This document shows, one piece after another, positions 25,706-38,976 of a stretch of DNA of 64,000 bases. The position numbers were made by a program, and so were the translations under genes. Origin of the DNA: Chiloscyllium plagiosum (lineage: Eukaryota); assembly GCF_004010195.1 (NCBI RefSeq), contig NC_057718.1, forward strand, positions 22,668,303 to 22,732,302, given 5' to 3'. Position 1 is the stretch's first letter; each line of letters begins with the position of its first letter. Below the pieces are notes generated by a model, which saw only the letters and a program-made list of their open reading frames with translations, had not been told where the DNA came from and ran no database searches.

Positions 25706-26460
25706 GTGTCTAGCCTCTTGCATTTGGTGATGTTTAGATCTATCATGGTCTCTTGGATGTTTCTCACATCAATATCCTGCTCCTCATCTGCATCATTGCT
25801 GTGGATCCTCCACTTCCTCTTCATCCAAGAGATTGTCCGCGCCAGTTCTGGCAGGCACAGCTTGCCCCAGTGATACGTCAAGTCAGCAGTCCAGGCAGCA
25901 AAACCTCAAAGTAAGGAGGCCTGTTGTCTCTCGCACTGTGGCCAACTGAGAAGCATTGTAACTCTGTACTGTGTCAGTGTGAGACTTTTGTAAAGGTCTC
26001 ATCAGCCTTGTTTGGTGGGGATGTTGTTTCTCTCCCAGCAGCCATCGTTATTTAGCCTGAGGACCTTGGAATGAGGCACAAACCTTGAGTTTGCTAGCAT
26101 GCATGCAGAATGACATTGCCCAGATCTCCAAGACCTGGCACTACTGGTCACACAATCACAACTGCACATTGATGGAGCAGAAGCCTTTATTTTTGATGAA
26201 CTTGGCAGGTTGGTGATAGGGTGCTTTCAAAGCAAAATCTATAGAGCCCTGCATATGGGGGAAGCCAGCAATGTTTGATAATCGCATTGCCCAGGATAAC
26301 TGACTGCTCGTCACAGAGGGAAGATATAAACTGGTGTAACATGGAGAAATGGCATCAGTGACATCCCAGGCCCATCTCCGAGCCAAGGATTGGAAGACCA
26401 GTGTTGGAGACCCCATGTGAGCTCAAGTTCTGCAGATGACATGGCTCAGTGACAATGAAA
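25706..26460 (-). mobile_element. Decayed PIF/Harbinger (HARBI1-like) DDE transposase
   Basis: Minus strand NIAGFPHMQGSID...KAP...FIKNKGFCSINVQL*LCD, then RWLLGEKQHPHQTRLMRPLQKSHTDTVQSYNAS. These match Harbinger motifs GFP.v.GaIDctH, NRKGfhSiNVQlvCD and wLLGDkgYP..wLmtP; stops and frameshifts are present. Confidence 0.8.
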
Positions 26461-26516
26461 GAGTCATTTGACTGCACTAAGGACTAATGTCCTCTGACTT
26501 TCAGACATAGCCATTT

Positions 26517-26814
26517 ATTAGATTAGATTAGATTCCCTACAATGATGGAAACAGGCCCTTCGGCCCAACCAGTCCACACCAACCCTCCGAAGAGTAACCC
26601 ACCTAGACCCATTTCCCCTCTGACTAAAGCACCTAGCACTATGAGCAATTTAGCATGGCCAATTCACCTGACTTGCACATCTTTGACTGTGGGAGGAAAC
26701 CGGAGCACCTGGAGAAAACCCACGCAGACATGGGGAGAATGTGCAAACTCCACACAGACAGTCACCCGAGGCTGGAATTGAACCTGGGACCCTGGTGCTG
26801 TGAGGCAGCAGTGC
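26517..26814 (-). mobile_element. HE1/V-SINE
   Basis: (ATTAG)n tail and antisense V-domain and tRNA head. Confidence 0.9.
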
Positions 26815-29248
26815 CGCTCAAAGTTGGAGCATGTGCAGTATGTTTCTGCATAAGCTGCTGGCATATGCTGTATTGAGGTAGCATTGGCCTGTGCAGCAAT
26901 ATATCTACCTCCTTGATAGTTGCATGCTCTGAGCAGTGACATAGTGCATGCCTTTCTCTCTGCAAGGAATACCAATGCAGTCCAAAGAGACTGACAGCCT
27001 GTAAGTTGGAACACCAGAACCGACACACTAAAAATCAATGAAAGTCAGAGAACCTGATAATCTCTGAGTCCGTGCAAAATGAGCGAGAATGAAGAAAGTA
27101 AATGAAGAGTCAAAAGATGCATCTTGTATGGATATATGAGGTGCATGTGTGTCCCTATAATTTGGCAGAAGTAAGTGCAAGTCATAGTTTCCTGAGCTGC
27201 AAAATAAAGTCCTGGGGGGCTAAACTGGCTGAAAGTTGGTCTGAATACAGCTATGACGATGTGGTGAGACTGCTGGTTTGGTGATGCCCATTGGCATGGA
27301 CAAAGAGTGAAAGAAGATGGTGTCCAGGGAAATGGTGGTGAACATCGAGTTGTCATAAATCCTGAAGAAGCATTAAACATCTGCCGCCAGGTAACCGCTC
27401 TGACTGTTATGTCAGAAACTGATGCCACCTAGTTTATTGAGGAAGGAGGGGAGAATTGAGAACTGAATAGAAATGAGGGTAGATTACTGAAATGAAGTAA
27501 GATAGTCCCTGTTCATTAGTGAAATTTAGAAATGAGTGTTTCATCCTTGAAGGGAAAAATTGGTAATTATTCTTTTTGATGTTAAGAATCTTATTTTTCC
27601 ATTCTCAATGTATTGTTCCAACTTTCTCATTATTTCCTCGTGCCACTCAAGGTACCCAATAAGTCCATTGGTGTAGAATTCTGTGTGCTGCAGTTTTGAT
27701 GCAACTTTTTTTGTTTTTGCTCACAGGATGTGAGTGATGCTAACTAGTCCAGCATTTATTACCTGCTCCTAATCAAGGGTCTATCTCATTGCAGTAGGTT
27801 TTGACTCGTGTGTGTGTGTGTGTGTGGTAGGACAGTAGAGGACTGCAAATTTCCTCCTCCGAAGAACATTAGTATACTATATGGGTTTTTACAACAATCG
27901 ACACTGGTTACATTGTTTTTTAGTCCAGCTTTTGCTTAATACCAGATTTTTCTTATTGAATTCAAATTTAGCTGTCTCTGATAGCTGGATTTAAACCCAT
28001 GTCCCTAGAACATTAACCTGGTGTTCTGGATTACAAGTCGGCTGAGATTACCATATAAATGAGGAAGGCCAATCAGTTCGTAAACTTGAAATGATTCTCC
28101 ATTCCCTCCATTGCTATGTCTAGTTGTTCCTTGCATTTTTGCAAGGGTCACATCACTCTGCCTGGTCTTCGCTTCCCAAGATTCACCTTCAATCTCTGAT
28201 TCCCAATGCAAACAGTTGTACCCGAGTCAGAGGGTTAGGGGTAAAATTGGAGCAGTGTCTGACCCAACATGATTCTCATCCACTTCCCATTACACGCCAC
28301 TCTTCTCTGCTGGGGAAACCTGGCACCATTCAGGAACAGACCTTGGAAACTACCAAAAAGGGAAATAAATGTAGTATTTTAGTGTATTATTGGGGCTTAG
28401 GAGTAGTAAGGGTGCTCCTTCATGCTATAAGGAAACGTCAGGTCTCCACTACTCTATATTTCTCTGCTTCTCTAATGATCTGCTACTAAGTTTCTGTTTA
28501 GCTCCCCACATTCAAACCCCACCCCCATCCCTGGCAATGCTTATGCCTCAAGAGCCCTAGTTCTGTTGAGGAATCATTCTTTTTTGATCCTCACATCATT
28601 CAACCTGAGTTGGTGAAATCAGATTGCAGTGAGGTCCATTGATTAGCTCTCTGTTGTTATAGCTCTGCAGATGCATCACTGCCCAGGTTGCATACGTGCT
28701 CCAGGCTGGGGCTCTAGACTTGATCACTTCCTCATTAAGAATAATTTCTTTATTGCAGAATTAAAATTTCCTTTTACGAGTTTGAACATAGAGTCATAGA
28801 GATGTACAGCATGCAAACAGATCCTTTGGTCTATGTTCTGTTTCCATGGTTTAACTTGCATTAGCAGAGCCTAGATTAAACCTACCCACATTATTTGCCA
28901 TTGTGTACATTCCTGTAGGTCTAGCTGTAAATGCAAAATCATCTAAGTTACACATTATTGAACCCATTGTAAAGCTGCTGTCTTAACATTTGAGTAATGT
29001 AATAGCAAATGGGAAAAAAATTGTATCAGTGCACAACGTATGTTAATGTCTGATAGTATGATTTCAAATGGGCTTTGGCTTCAAACCTTAAAGTACCAGT
29101 CAACCCATGTACAATCTCATTGTCGTGGACGTGATGAGAATAAATTCCAGAATTGGTTAAACTAACGATGACTGAACCATTTTTGTCACAAGTGGTCTCA
29201 CAATTGTAATGGTAAGCCTGAGCTTTGCATTTCTACCTTATGCATTAG

Positions 29249-29361
29249 GTGGAGCATCCCCAGAGATCTAAAAAGGCTGTCTGGCACAAACTGCTGTCAA
29301 AACAACGTAAACGGGCAGTTGTGGCCTGCTTCCGGATGGCACCGCTCTATAATTTACCACG
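29249..29361 (+). CDS. RYR2: RYR2 exon (~ex76), 113 nt, calmodulin-binding domain: [37 protein letters not shown](R)
   Basis: atgcattag acceptor and ACG|gtagga donor; peptide matches the RyR2 CaM-binding segment. Confidence 0.97.
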
Positions 29362-29728
29362 GTAGGAACTAACTGTTTTCTCACTATAGTTAATAAACCT
29401 GTAACAAGCATTTATATCTTCCCACGCATGGATCAGCTTATCCTTATCACAGCATCAGAGGAAAAGTCCTATTCGCGTCTTTCCTGTCACACCCCATCAA
29501 AGTACATGGAAATTTCCAGAAAGATTACCTCTCAGTTGCTGAAACTCGAGAGAAAACAGGCCCAACTTCTTCAATGTCTCCTCATTAATCTGATGAACCT
29601 CCATTGCACTCCCACTATGGCAATATGTACGCCTTTAGATAAGATGACCAAAACTGTATTAAATATCTAGGTGTGGGCTCACCAAAGTTTTATGCAACTG
29701 CAGAAGACATGTTTACTCCTGTACTTAG

Positions 29729-30374
29729 TGTGACAATACTATGGCTCTAAGAGGTGCATTTTGTCCTGGTTTCTTTTCTGAAGAAAGTTTGAGGCAGAGG
29801 TGTCGAGCAGTCTAGCTCATTGCTAATAGAGTAAACAACTTGTGAGGCCTTGAGGCTTTTTAAAAAAAAAGTTGGAACAATTATAGCAGCATGAATGGAT
29901 GGGGCCAAGCTCCCACAGAACCAGAATTTTTAGTTTTAGCTGTCAGCAGTTGCTGGGGTCCTGACACTGGATGTGGAAACTTTTATTCCTCTCTCTGTTC
30001 CAGCTAAAAGCGAGGGTTCTCTTCCCGCTGCTAGCATTGTATATGAGATAATCAACTTTGTTGAATTTGCCTTTGCCAAACGTGTGTTTACGGGATGCTA
30101 CTGTATTGGAATAGTTAATTAGTAATAGTTAATATATCTATTATTTTGTTAAGCATTTCAATAGAGTTACAGTTAAACTAATTACTTTATTTGTGTTTAG
30201 TCTGTATTTTAACTGTAGTGTAAAAATAAAGTGTGTTTTGTTTAGCATCAAGTAGTTTGACCAATCAAGTTGGATCTGGAATGCAATACCTTGCACTTAA
30301 CTTTAAATAAGAATGGTTAGGGTCTCAGCTCTCTTCTTAATACATTTTGAGCAGGTTCGGCCTGGTCCATAACA
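29729..30374 (+). mobile_element. Solo LTR nested in a minus-strand CR1 fragment (~29380-30930)
   Basis: TGTGACA...CATAACA termini, 4-bp direct repeat TTAG (29725-29728 and 30375-30378), AATAAA near 30225. Confidence 0.75.
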
Positions 30375-32122
30375 TTAGATACCATACATTTGCCTTCTTT
30401 ACTGCCTACTGCACTTCCTTGCTTACTTTCAATGACTGGGATACAAGGATACCCAAAACTCGTAGAACCTATTAACTTTATTCTTTACTTTTTATTATTT
30501 ACTACTTTTTATTTACTATCTTTAACTCTAGACACACCACATCTGTTGACTCTCGTTTATCTCTGCAACAAGCAGCATCCTCAAAAGTTCCAACACGTTT
30601 GTCAAACATGATTTCCCTTCATAAAGCCATGTTGACTCTGTTCAATCATATTGTTATTTTCTAAGTATCCAGTTATCACACCCGTTATAATAGATTGCAT
30701 CATTTTCCTAATGACTGACATCAAATGAATAGGTCTGTATTTCTTGCTTTCTCTCTGCCTGTCATGTTAAATAATTTGCTACTCTGCAGGAACTTTTTCA
30801 GAATCTTTAAAATTTTGAAATATAATCCATTATCCCTGTAGCCACCACCTCCAATACTCTTGGACATAGCTCATCTGGTCTAGGGAATTTATCAATGCTA
30901 AATATAATTCATTTTTGAAAATGACCCCAAACTAATACTAATTTATTTCAGGAGACAGGATTTGGAGAATGGTGCATTTGCCAAGTGGGATCTTTTATAT
31001 GATGTAACTGGGAAAAGTGCTGAGTATGGTACTGGAGAGGTCTACTCTGAAGGTGACAAAGACATAGTTAAAGGAGGAATATGGTTTTAAAAGTGAAGGT
31101 ATTCATTCTTCTAATAGGACTGCTTACATCTGGCAAGATGCATCATATAGACAGGTTGAGCCACTCAACAAAGAGTACACACTCGGTATCAGGTGGTAAC
31201 ATTTATAGTGCACATGGAGTGTCTCTGCCTTTCTACATGCTGCTCGAGTACATCACCCAAGTTGCTTTGACATTGCTGTGCAAGTTTTGGGGGAATGTTG
31301 CTCTCCCGACTGTCAGGTACACTTTACTCATATTTACTTGGCTGGCATTGTACCCTGGTCACAAGTGCAGCTTATAAAGCCAGATGAAAGCAAAAACTGA
31401 CAGTGGAACGTGTTGTTTATTTTTTCTAAATGAAATTGATGGCAGGCCATCGTGTGAACTTTTATGGAACACCTGGCAGATCCTGGAATCTTCAGAGGCT
31501 GCACGACAAACCATTATATTTCACTGCAGATAAACTTGATATTGCTGTCACCAGCAGCACCATTAGGCAAATTGGATATTGGCATTATCTTCATGTAGCA
31601 ACAGGATTAGGTCATTTAGCTGCTCAAGCATATCCCACTATTCAGTGAGATCATGGTTGACCTCTAGCTTAACTCTGTCTACCTACCTTAATTGGTTCGG
31701 TAACCCTTAGTACCCTTACCCAACAAACTCTCAGTTCTTAGATTTTCTGTTGACCTCAACAACATTTTGAGAAGATAGTGCTAGATTTTCACTTTCCTTT
31801 TCTATGATATTACCCATTAACAACTGAGCTCTTCCACATTAAGCTGACCTTCAGCCTTTATCTCCAGCCTTTTTAGCTGACTTACCTATTTAAGTGCCAA
31901 TTTTTGAAGTTCAAACTCTCTCTCTTTTTCTTTTTCTTCTGCTAAAGCCATTCATTCTTTTTCTTTCTCTTCTGCTTTCAACTGTAACTCAAAGTGTTTC
32001 ATTTCTGCTGCCCTTTCCTTATCTCTTGCCTCTAACTCTATTTTAAGGTTCTGGTCCTATGTTCATGACTTGCCTAACAGAGGAAATAGTTTCTCTTATC
32101 CACCTCATCAATTACTTTAAAA

Positions 32123-32760
32123 TGTCACAAAGCTGGTCCTTTTTTCTAAAAGCTGTTCCTTTTCTCAAGGATACTGTGCCCTTGGTTTTTCTCAGAGGGG
32201 TCTAAAACAGTCCGGGTTCTGATTCAACTGGTTTAGTACAGAGATGAAAGGGTTTACTGAGAGGCTTTTTTTGTTTATACGTAAACAGATGAGACTTTAG
32301 GCCACAGCTTTCATATTTTAGAAGTAAACTGTATAATGAAAGGGGAGTGGTCAGTCCTGGAAGCTGAATTCTTGTTGTTAGTTCAGTTCAGCAGTGGGTT
32401 GTGTGGAAACAGGCTGCTAGACTCTCTCTCCTTCTGCCCTTCTAACATCAACCTGTAAGCCTCTGTTTCATTTTTACTGTGTTTAAGAGGTTTGTTTATC
32501 GGGACTGTTGCACTTTTTCGGAACAGCATAATTAAGTCTAGTTTGAATAGACTGAGTTCTGTGGGTATTCTATATTCTGTTCTTTGTGTTTCATTCTGTA
32601 ACTTTGTGAATAAATTTTTGTCTGTTTTAAAACCTGGTAGTCAACCTAGCTAACTTACTCTGGGTAATTTTCATTGTACACTTACCAAAATGAATAGCAA
32701 AGTTACAGTCTGGGCTGCCTGCTTAGAAATGTTTTGAGTAGTCTGGCCTAGTCCATAACA
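32123..32760 (+). mobile_element. Solo LTR related to 29729-30374
   Basis: TGTCACA...GGCCTAGTCCATAACA, with a 3' end nearly identical to the other LTR; similar length (638 nt); AATAAA near 32609; TSD not clear. Confidence 0.65.
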
Positions 32761-32944
32761 AATGATATTAAACATTTCTATGAGATCAACCACTAATCTC
32801 CTATACTAAGGGAGTATAAAAGCCTAGTCAATACATCATTTAAAACTTCTATCATTCTGTTACAAACTTTCTTCAGCCAATATGTCCTTTCTGAGATATA
32901 ACACCGAGAAATGAATGCGGTTCATGATATTAATTTTAAACTAA

Positions 32945-33905
32945 AGAGAGCAACAGCAGACTACCCCTCCTAGATGTCACATTGGAACGAACCATCAATG
33001 GAGAACTGCAGACCAGCGTCTATAGGAAAGCAACACACAGACCACATACTCTACTACAGGAGCAATCATCCCAACGTCTACAAACGGAGCTGCATCAGGA
33101 CATTATTTAAACGGGCCACAACACACTGCAGCACCCAGGACCTACAAGCAGCAGAAGAAAAATGCTGACACAGCATATTCAAGAACAACAGGTACCCGAT
33201 AAACACAGTCCACTGATTTTTAAACAATAAACCCAAATAAGCAGACACAACACACCAAGAGACTCTAGCCACACTATCATACATCAAAGAGATCTCAGAG
33301 ATGACTAATAGAGTACTCTGACCTCTTGGCATCATTGTAGCCCACAGACCTACCAACACACTGAAACAGCTACTGAGGAACCTAAAGGGCCCTGTAACAA
33401 TAACCAGAAAAACAAATGTCATTTTCAAAATATCCTGCAAGGACTGCAACAAACACTACATCGGATAGGCGGGAGGAAACTAGCCACCAGGATAGACGAG
33501 CATCAACTAGCCACCAAAAGACAAGACCAGCTGTCACTAGTATCCTTACACACAGACGAAGAAGGACACCACTTTGTCTGGGACAATACATCCATCCTAG
33601 GACAGGCTAATCAGAGACATGCACAGGAATAGAGGCCTGGCATTCAAACTGGAACTCCTCCAATAAACATATCGATTTGGATCCCATTTACCAAACTCTG
33701 AGAAAAAGAACCGGAAATGATATCACCCACCTTAACAGACCAAGACACATGAATCGAAAGCAGGACAGAACACCAACGCTTCACCGCAGGCTCAATGATG
33801 GCGTTACCTAGTCTGTTGACAAAACATCTCAGGACAAACCTACCAGCATGCAAGCTTACAACTGGAATCTCAACCTGAGCTACTAATCTTCTCAAAAATC
33901 GCATT
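32945..33905 (+). mobile_element. Decayed Penelope-like element (RT thumb plus GIY-YIG)
   Basis: Reads LPLLDV...VYRKA, YRSNHPNVYKRSCIRTLFKRATTHC and NVIFKISCKDCNKHYIG; eroded hammerhead core at ~33795-33830 (atgatgg...gacaaaacatc). Confidence 0.85.
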
Positions 33906-34317
33906 AATTTTAAATGCTGCTGAATATTATTTCTCAAGGGTTTTTGTTATTGTGACATATTTTATAAGAAGAAAAAAACTGTTATTTTGAAAATTGTTAT
34001 AAAGATAGGAACCTATGTTTATTAACAGAGATTCAGATGAGAGATTAGAAGCCAATTCAAGTTGGTATAGACATCCTTATACTTTTTGTTATTAAAATGC
34101 CCTAATCAGATTGAAGTAGATGAAAAAAATCTAAGTTGAGATTGGAAATGATCCGATATTGCCATAACAAATGGCAATGACTGATAGGACAATGTTATAA
34201 CCTGGGCTTCAGCTTGCAACATAATCAGTTTAACATTATGCAGAGACTGATATAGCCCTAATGTAACAAGCAAAACAAATAATGTGCCATAATTGTCATT
34301 GTTGTATGTCCCTTCAG

Positions 34318-34414
34318 GCACCGAGCTGTCAATCTCTTCCTTCAAGGCTATGAAAAATCCTGGATTGAAACTGAGGAACATTATTTCGAAGATAAGCTAA
34401 TAGAGGATATAGCT
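34318..34414 (+). CDS. RYR2: RYR2 exon (~ex77), 97 nt: HRAVNLFLQGYEKSWIETEEHYFEDKLIEDIA
   Basis: gtcccttcag acceptor and GCT|gtgagt donor. Confidence 0.97.
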
Positions 34415-34799
34415 GTGAGTTATATGTTGTTATTGACCTTTGTGCAGTTTAATTTCTGAGGATACTAATAGGGTATTGGAAATGTAAAACAGTGTTCTTA
34501 ATTTCATACCTTTGCTTCTACCGTTCCAGGATAGCTAATCCATCATCACTTAAGAGTCTGTTACATACGCCATCTTTCATTGCTCTGTTTGAAGTGGACA
34601 ATGAATGCAATGATTTATTCATGATTGATTTCTTTGTACTTTCTTTCAGCAAAGAAGGTGATCCATTTAAAAGAAAAGAGTGCCTTTGTTAAGATAGTGG
34701 AAAGAGGAATATCAGTGTTAGTTATTTCTAAGCAAAGGAGAAAATGTAATTCTCGTTAAATTGCATTGATTAGACAAGGTTAAAGTTGTCAATTTTCAT

Positions 34800-34995
34800 G
34801 ATGTGGAAGTGCCGGTGTTGGACTGGGGTGGACAAAGTTACAAATCACAGAACACCAGGCTATAGTTTTGATTTATTTGCAAGTACAAGCTTTCAGGTGG
34901 CTACCTGACAAAAGAGAAGCACTCCAAAACCTTATACTTTCAAATACACCTGTTGGACTATAACCTGATGTTGTGTGATTTGTAACTTTGTTAGT
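34800..34995. mobile_element. Fold-back element, same family as 23640-23837, more diverged
   Basis: caaagttacaaatcacagaacaccaggctatag is mirrored by ctataacctgatgttgtgtgatttgtaactttg. Confidence 0.7.
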
Positions 34996-36094
34996 TTTCC
35001 ACATTCGGTATGTTACATGGGTGCACCAGCATTCATTGAAAAACCACATGCCTTTCACACTTTCCATTCTGAAATCTGACATATAAACATAGCAACAAGT
35101 TTCACTTTTGTGGTGTCATACAATATAAAGAAGTATATCAGGTACCTCATCACTTGGAATAATAAAATGACTTCACATGATATCGACAAATGGCTGATTT
35201 GATAGGACATTCTGAGTGTGGTACTGAAGGCTTATGCTCCAAACCAGCCTGGTCCCAAGCCAGATGTTCCCATGCACCCAAAATGCTGGTGTCTATCCAA
35301 CAGAAGTGGTTCAATGTGATAGCTCTCCTTCAACTAAGACCATGAGAAATAGGAACAGGAGTAGACCTGCTCCACTATTCAGGATCATGGCCGATCTGAT
35401 ATTCCTCAAGCATAGTTTCCTGCCCTTTCCCCTTAACCCTTGATTCCCCACTGGTCAAGAATCTCTCTGACTCAGCCTTAAATATACAGAAGCATTCCGT
35501 CCTGTAATTTAATTTCTTAATTCCTTAAGGATAACTCAGTATGGCCATTAAATACTATCAGGTCAATTCAGTCCCAAGAATAATAAATAATAGACACTAT
35601 TACAGGAAAAGGAAGCTGAAGTAGTGGTGATGTATTGATTAAAGCCACATGAAGAGCAAATGTTGGAAATTTGAATTAAAAAGTTCAAAATATATAAAAT
35701 AACGAGCACATTGCAGAGGGAACACATTGTCAAGGGTTTGACTTTGTTTTCATGTTTGAATCGCAGCAGTCTGTTCACTTCATATATGTTGATTAATCTA
35801 CTATTTGTTCTTAGTCTTGTTGTTAATGCCTGTTTGAGACCTGGAAAACAAACTGTATAAGTCAAAAGAAAATAGACTATAGTCCAGCAAGGCTAATTTG
35901 TTCGTTTGCAGTTATATGAGGTGGTACATTCAGAACAAATAACTGATTGTATTATGCAACTTATTTCACTGAAAATTGTATTGTAAATATTAAGCCTTTT
36001 ATTAGACAACCTGTACCATTTGTGATGGTATTTAGTTTCATAATGTTTCTAATGAAATTTCAGTTTAGATATAACTTTATCTGTATTCCTTTAG

Positions 36095-36201
36095 AAACCA
36101 GGGGAGGAAAAACCAGTGGAAGAAGAGGAGGGAACCAAGCGCCTTGACCCTCTTCACCAACTCATTCTTCTTTTCAGTCGGACAGCCTTAACTGAAAAAT
36201 G
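36095..36201 (+). CDS. RYR2: RYR2 exon (~ex78), 107 nt: [35 protein letters not shown](C)
   Basis: tattcctttag acceptor and ATG|gtagga donor. Confidence 0.96.
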
Positions 36202-37589
36202 GTAGGATTCAGTTAATATAACTTGCTTTTCTTTGTCTTTGCTTTTCACAAGAGAAGACCAAAAAGCTAAATATTATGAGAGAATAAAGTACACAGATGG
36301 CCTGAAGTTCATGAAGTTGTGGTTCTTCATTTCATTGACATCTAAACTTTACAAATGTGATTCTTTATTCCACTGATACAATGTCTTTACAAACATAAAT
36401 GTAAATTAAGGTTAACTTCAGAAAATGGTGTATTTAGTTCACATTTGGTTGCAAAAACTAGAAACCTCATTGCAAGTTGAACTCACAATTTGTAATGGGT
36501 TGAATTTTTCTGTGTAAGAATTAGCCAAAACTTCATCTTTGGTAATCAACTCCACTCTAACTGACCTTTTAGCTGTAGCACATTGGAAATTCCTTGGCAC
36601 CACTCCCACACAGGTATCTTTGTGTATAAGTAACAATTTCACCATACTTCTGTCAAAGTTACAACATGGGTAAAGAATAATTTATAGGACACTATGGTTT
36701 TATGTGATCTTTTGTTCTGGAGAGAGATTATACTGGCAAAGCAGTAGTTACTGAGAGCAATAAGAATCACTACAATGCGTCTTCTGATGTAAAATGAAAA
36801 TGCTGGAGAAACTCAACAAGTCTGGTAGCATTTGTGGAGAGAGAAACAGAGCTAATGTTTTGAATGCAATATGACCCTTTGGAAGTGAAGAGATGTGGAT
36901 AAATGGTGTGTTCTGCATTGCTGACAAATGTGGGCAGGAACAAGTGGAATGGAGGATTAAATCAGGGACAGATTAAAGAGTGAAGGAATTTAGAGATTAA
37001 AGGTATGGCAGGACAAAAGGCTAAGGGAGTGGTAATGGTTGCAGAGAGGAGACAAAGCGCTAATCCAGTGTGTGTGTTAACAGTAGAGTGAAGGTCAGCT
37101 TTGGGAGAAAGCTAACTTAAGGTCAACTCTCTGTTGTCATATGATGGCAGGCTGGGAAAGGAGGACAGCTTCCCTTCACTGAATGATTTGAATTTTTGCA
37201 TTAACATGACTTTTATGGTCATTTTTGTCCTGCTCATTCACAAGTGATCTGATTGTTGAGTTCTTCCCCACAAGGTGAAATTTTAATTCAACATCTTTAG
37301 TTTGAATTTTTGTTAATATCTGTACAATGGTTGATAGTCTGATTGCCGGCATGGAATTTCTATGGAGCTTCTCCTGATAACTCACACTGACTTCAGTAGG
37401 AAACCTGCGAAATGGCATATAAAAAAGCCATTTCTGTTGATTGTTGATTCTGTCGATGGTGTGCCAAGGTTATGGAGGAAGATCAGGAGAACTCCTTGGG
37501 AATTGTAGTCCGTGTCATTTAAACCAAACTACAACCACTAAAAATTATTATATCTTATTACTTAGAGCATTCTCTTATGATTTTCTCAG

Positions 37590-37641
37590 TAATCTCGAAG
37601 AAGATTTCCTCTACATGGCTTATGCTGACATTATGGCAAAG
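37590..37641 (+). CDS. RYR2: RYR2 exon (~ex79), 52 nt: NLEEDFLYMAYADIMAK
   Basis: attttctcag acceptor and AAG|gtaatg donor. Confidence 0.96.
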
Positions 37642-38976
37642 GTAATGATTGAATTACATTTATTAAGTTAATTTAGTGTAAATTATTTATATGACTGTGT
37701 GCTCTGCCTGAAGGCAGATCGTTGGCTTATTGTCTGCCGATGCTGCCTCCTGTGCTGTTTTTCTTAGCAGTTTTGATTAGCAATGGTTTGCCATTGCCTT
37801 CCTCTCCTCGAAACAGACTCAGGTGACAAAAGTAACTCCCAATTCTATCTTCGCCACAAGTAGAGTCAAAACTGGGCTGTTGATGTTAGTCTGAACCACA
37901 CACTAACATTCAAACTGACTGGGCTGAATGGTCCCAATTCATATAATTGATTGCATTCATTTCCTCTCTTTAAAGTAAAATAGTTTGTGTTGGATAGTTC
38001 TTTCAAAGCTATGAAGGGTGAACAGTGGCTTTATTGTTGCTTTATTTTCTCATACCGAATGAAACTTTACAGTCATTCACAATCTGTGATCTTGCTCTCA
38101 GCAAGGCGACAGAATGTACCTGGTGGGGGAAGGTTGCTGAATGGGTGCAGGTTTCAATAGGCCAGCAGATCGGGTGATGACCCAGTGGATAAATACTCGG
38201 TGAGCTACAGCCATTGGACCCAGTAATGAACTTGGTTTTGTTAACAGCCTAATGATGAGCATTTCAAATGCAGTACCGGCAGGGGCAAGGTGGGCAGGCA
38301 TGGAGATGCTGGAATTATTCACAGAACACTGCTGGTGGCAGGAAAACTGTTTGTGATTAATCTGACAGTAGGAAATTAACAAAACAGACAAGCCACCAAT
38401 TAGCGATGGGGAGTTCATGCTTAATGCCCCTTGCATGTAATTTAAATGCAATTTGACATGATTTAATCTTATCTCCCCAATTTAGTAAAAATCCCAGCTT
38501 TCAGTAACCTGCCCAGTGCAAACTGGTCACTCATCAGTGGCTTTTGTGATTTACGGCGAGAGTCAATTGTATTTTCAGGAGACCGACTCAGTGTGCACTC
38601 AAGTGACCTTGGTGATAATTTCTCTTTGTAAAACTCTACTGAACTGACACTCTGAAGCCAGGGCAGAAATACTGGACCCAAAAATCTAAAGGGACAACAC
38701 TCAACTGAGATGCTATCCCTCTAATTTGCTTCATAGATTTGAGCCCCTAAGGAGAAAACTACCAGAATGCTGCTGGCAAAAGGAAGTGAGGTGTAAGAGT
38801 ATGGGCATCAGCCACTCTGTCCATGTTTATCCTCAAGTATTGGATGCACTACCTCCATCTCAGACCTCATTTGAACCTCTGTGATGGTGAAGGAATCTTC
38901 TTGCTGGACTTTGGAATGTCTTTTCATGCTGGAGGCAACAGAAATTCAGAGCCTGGAGATTTAAAGTAGAGTTAAT

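Noticed and set aside
27705..27735. Strong-looking acceptor and donor around a 3-nt 'exon' (tttttgctcacag|GAT|gtgagt)
   Set aside because: It lies in the antisense tail of a SINE; there is no independent support and it is likely coincidental.
38100..38690. Possible non-autonomous DNA transposon; ORFs 38098..38451 and 38469..38681
   Set aside because: No clear TIR pair and no protein similarity recognised.
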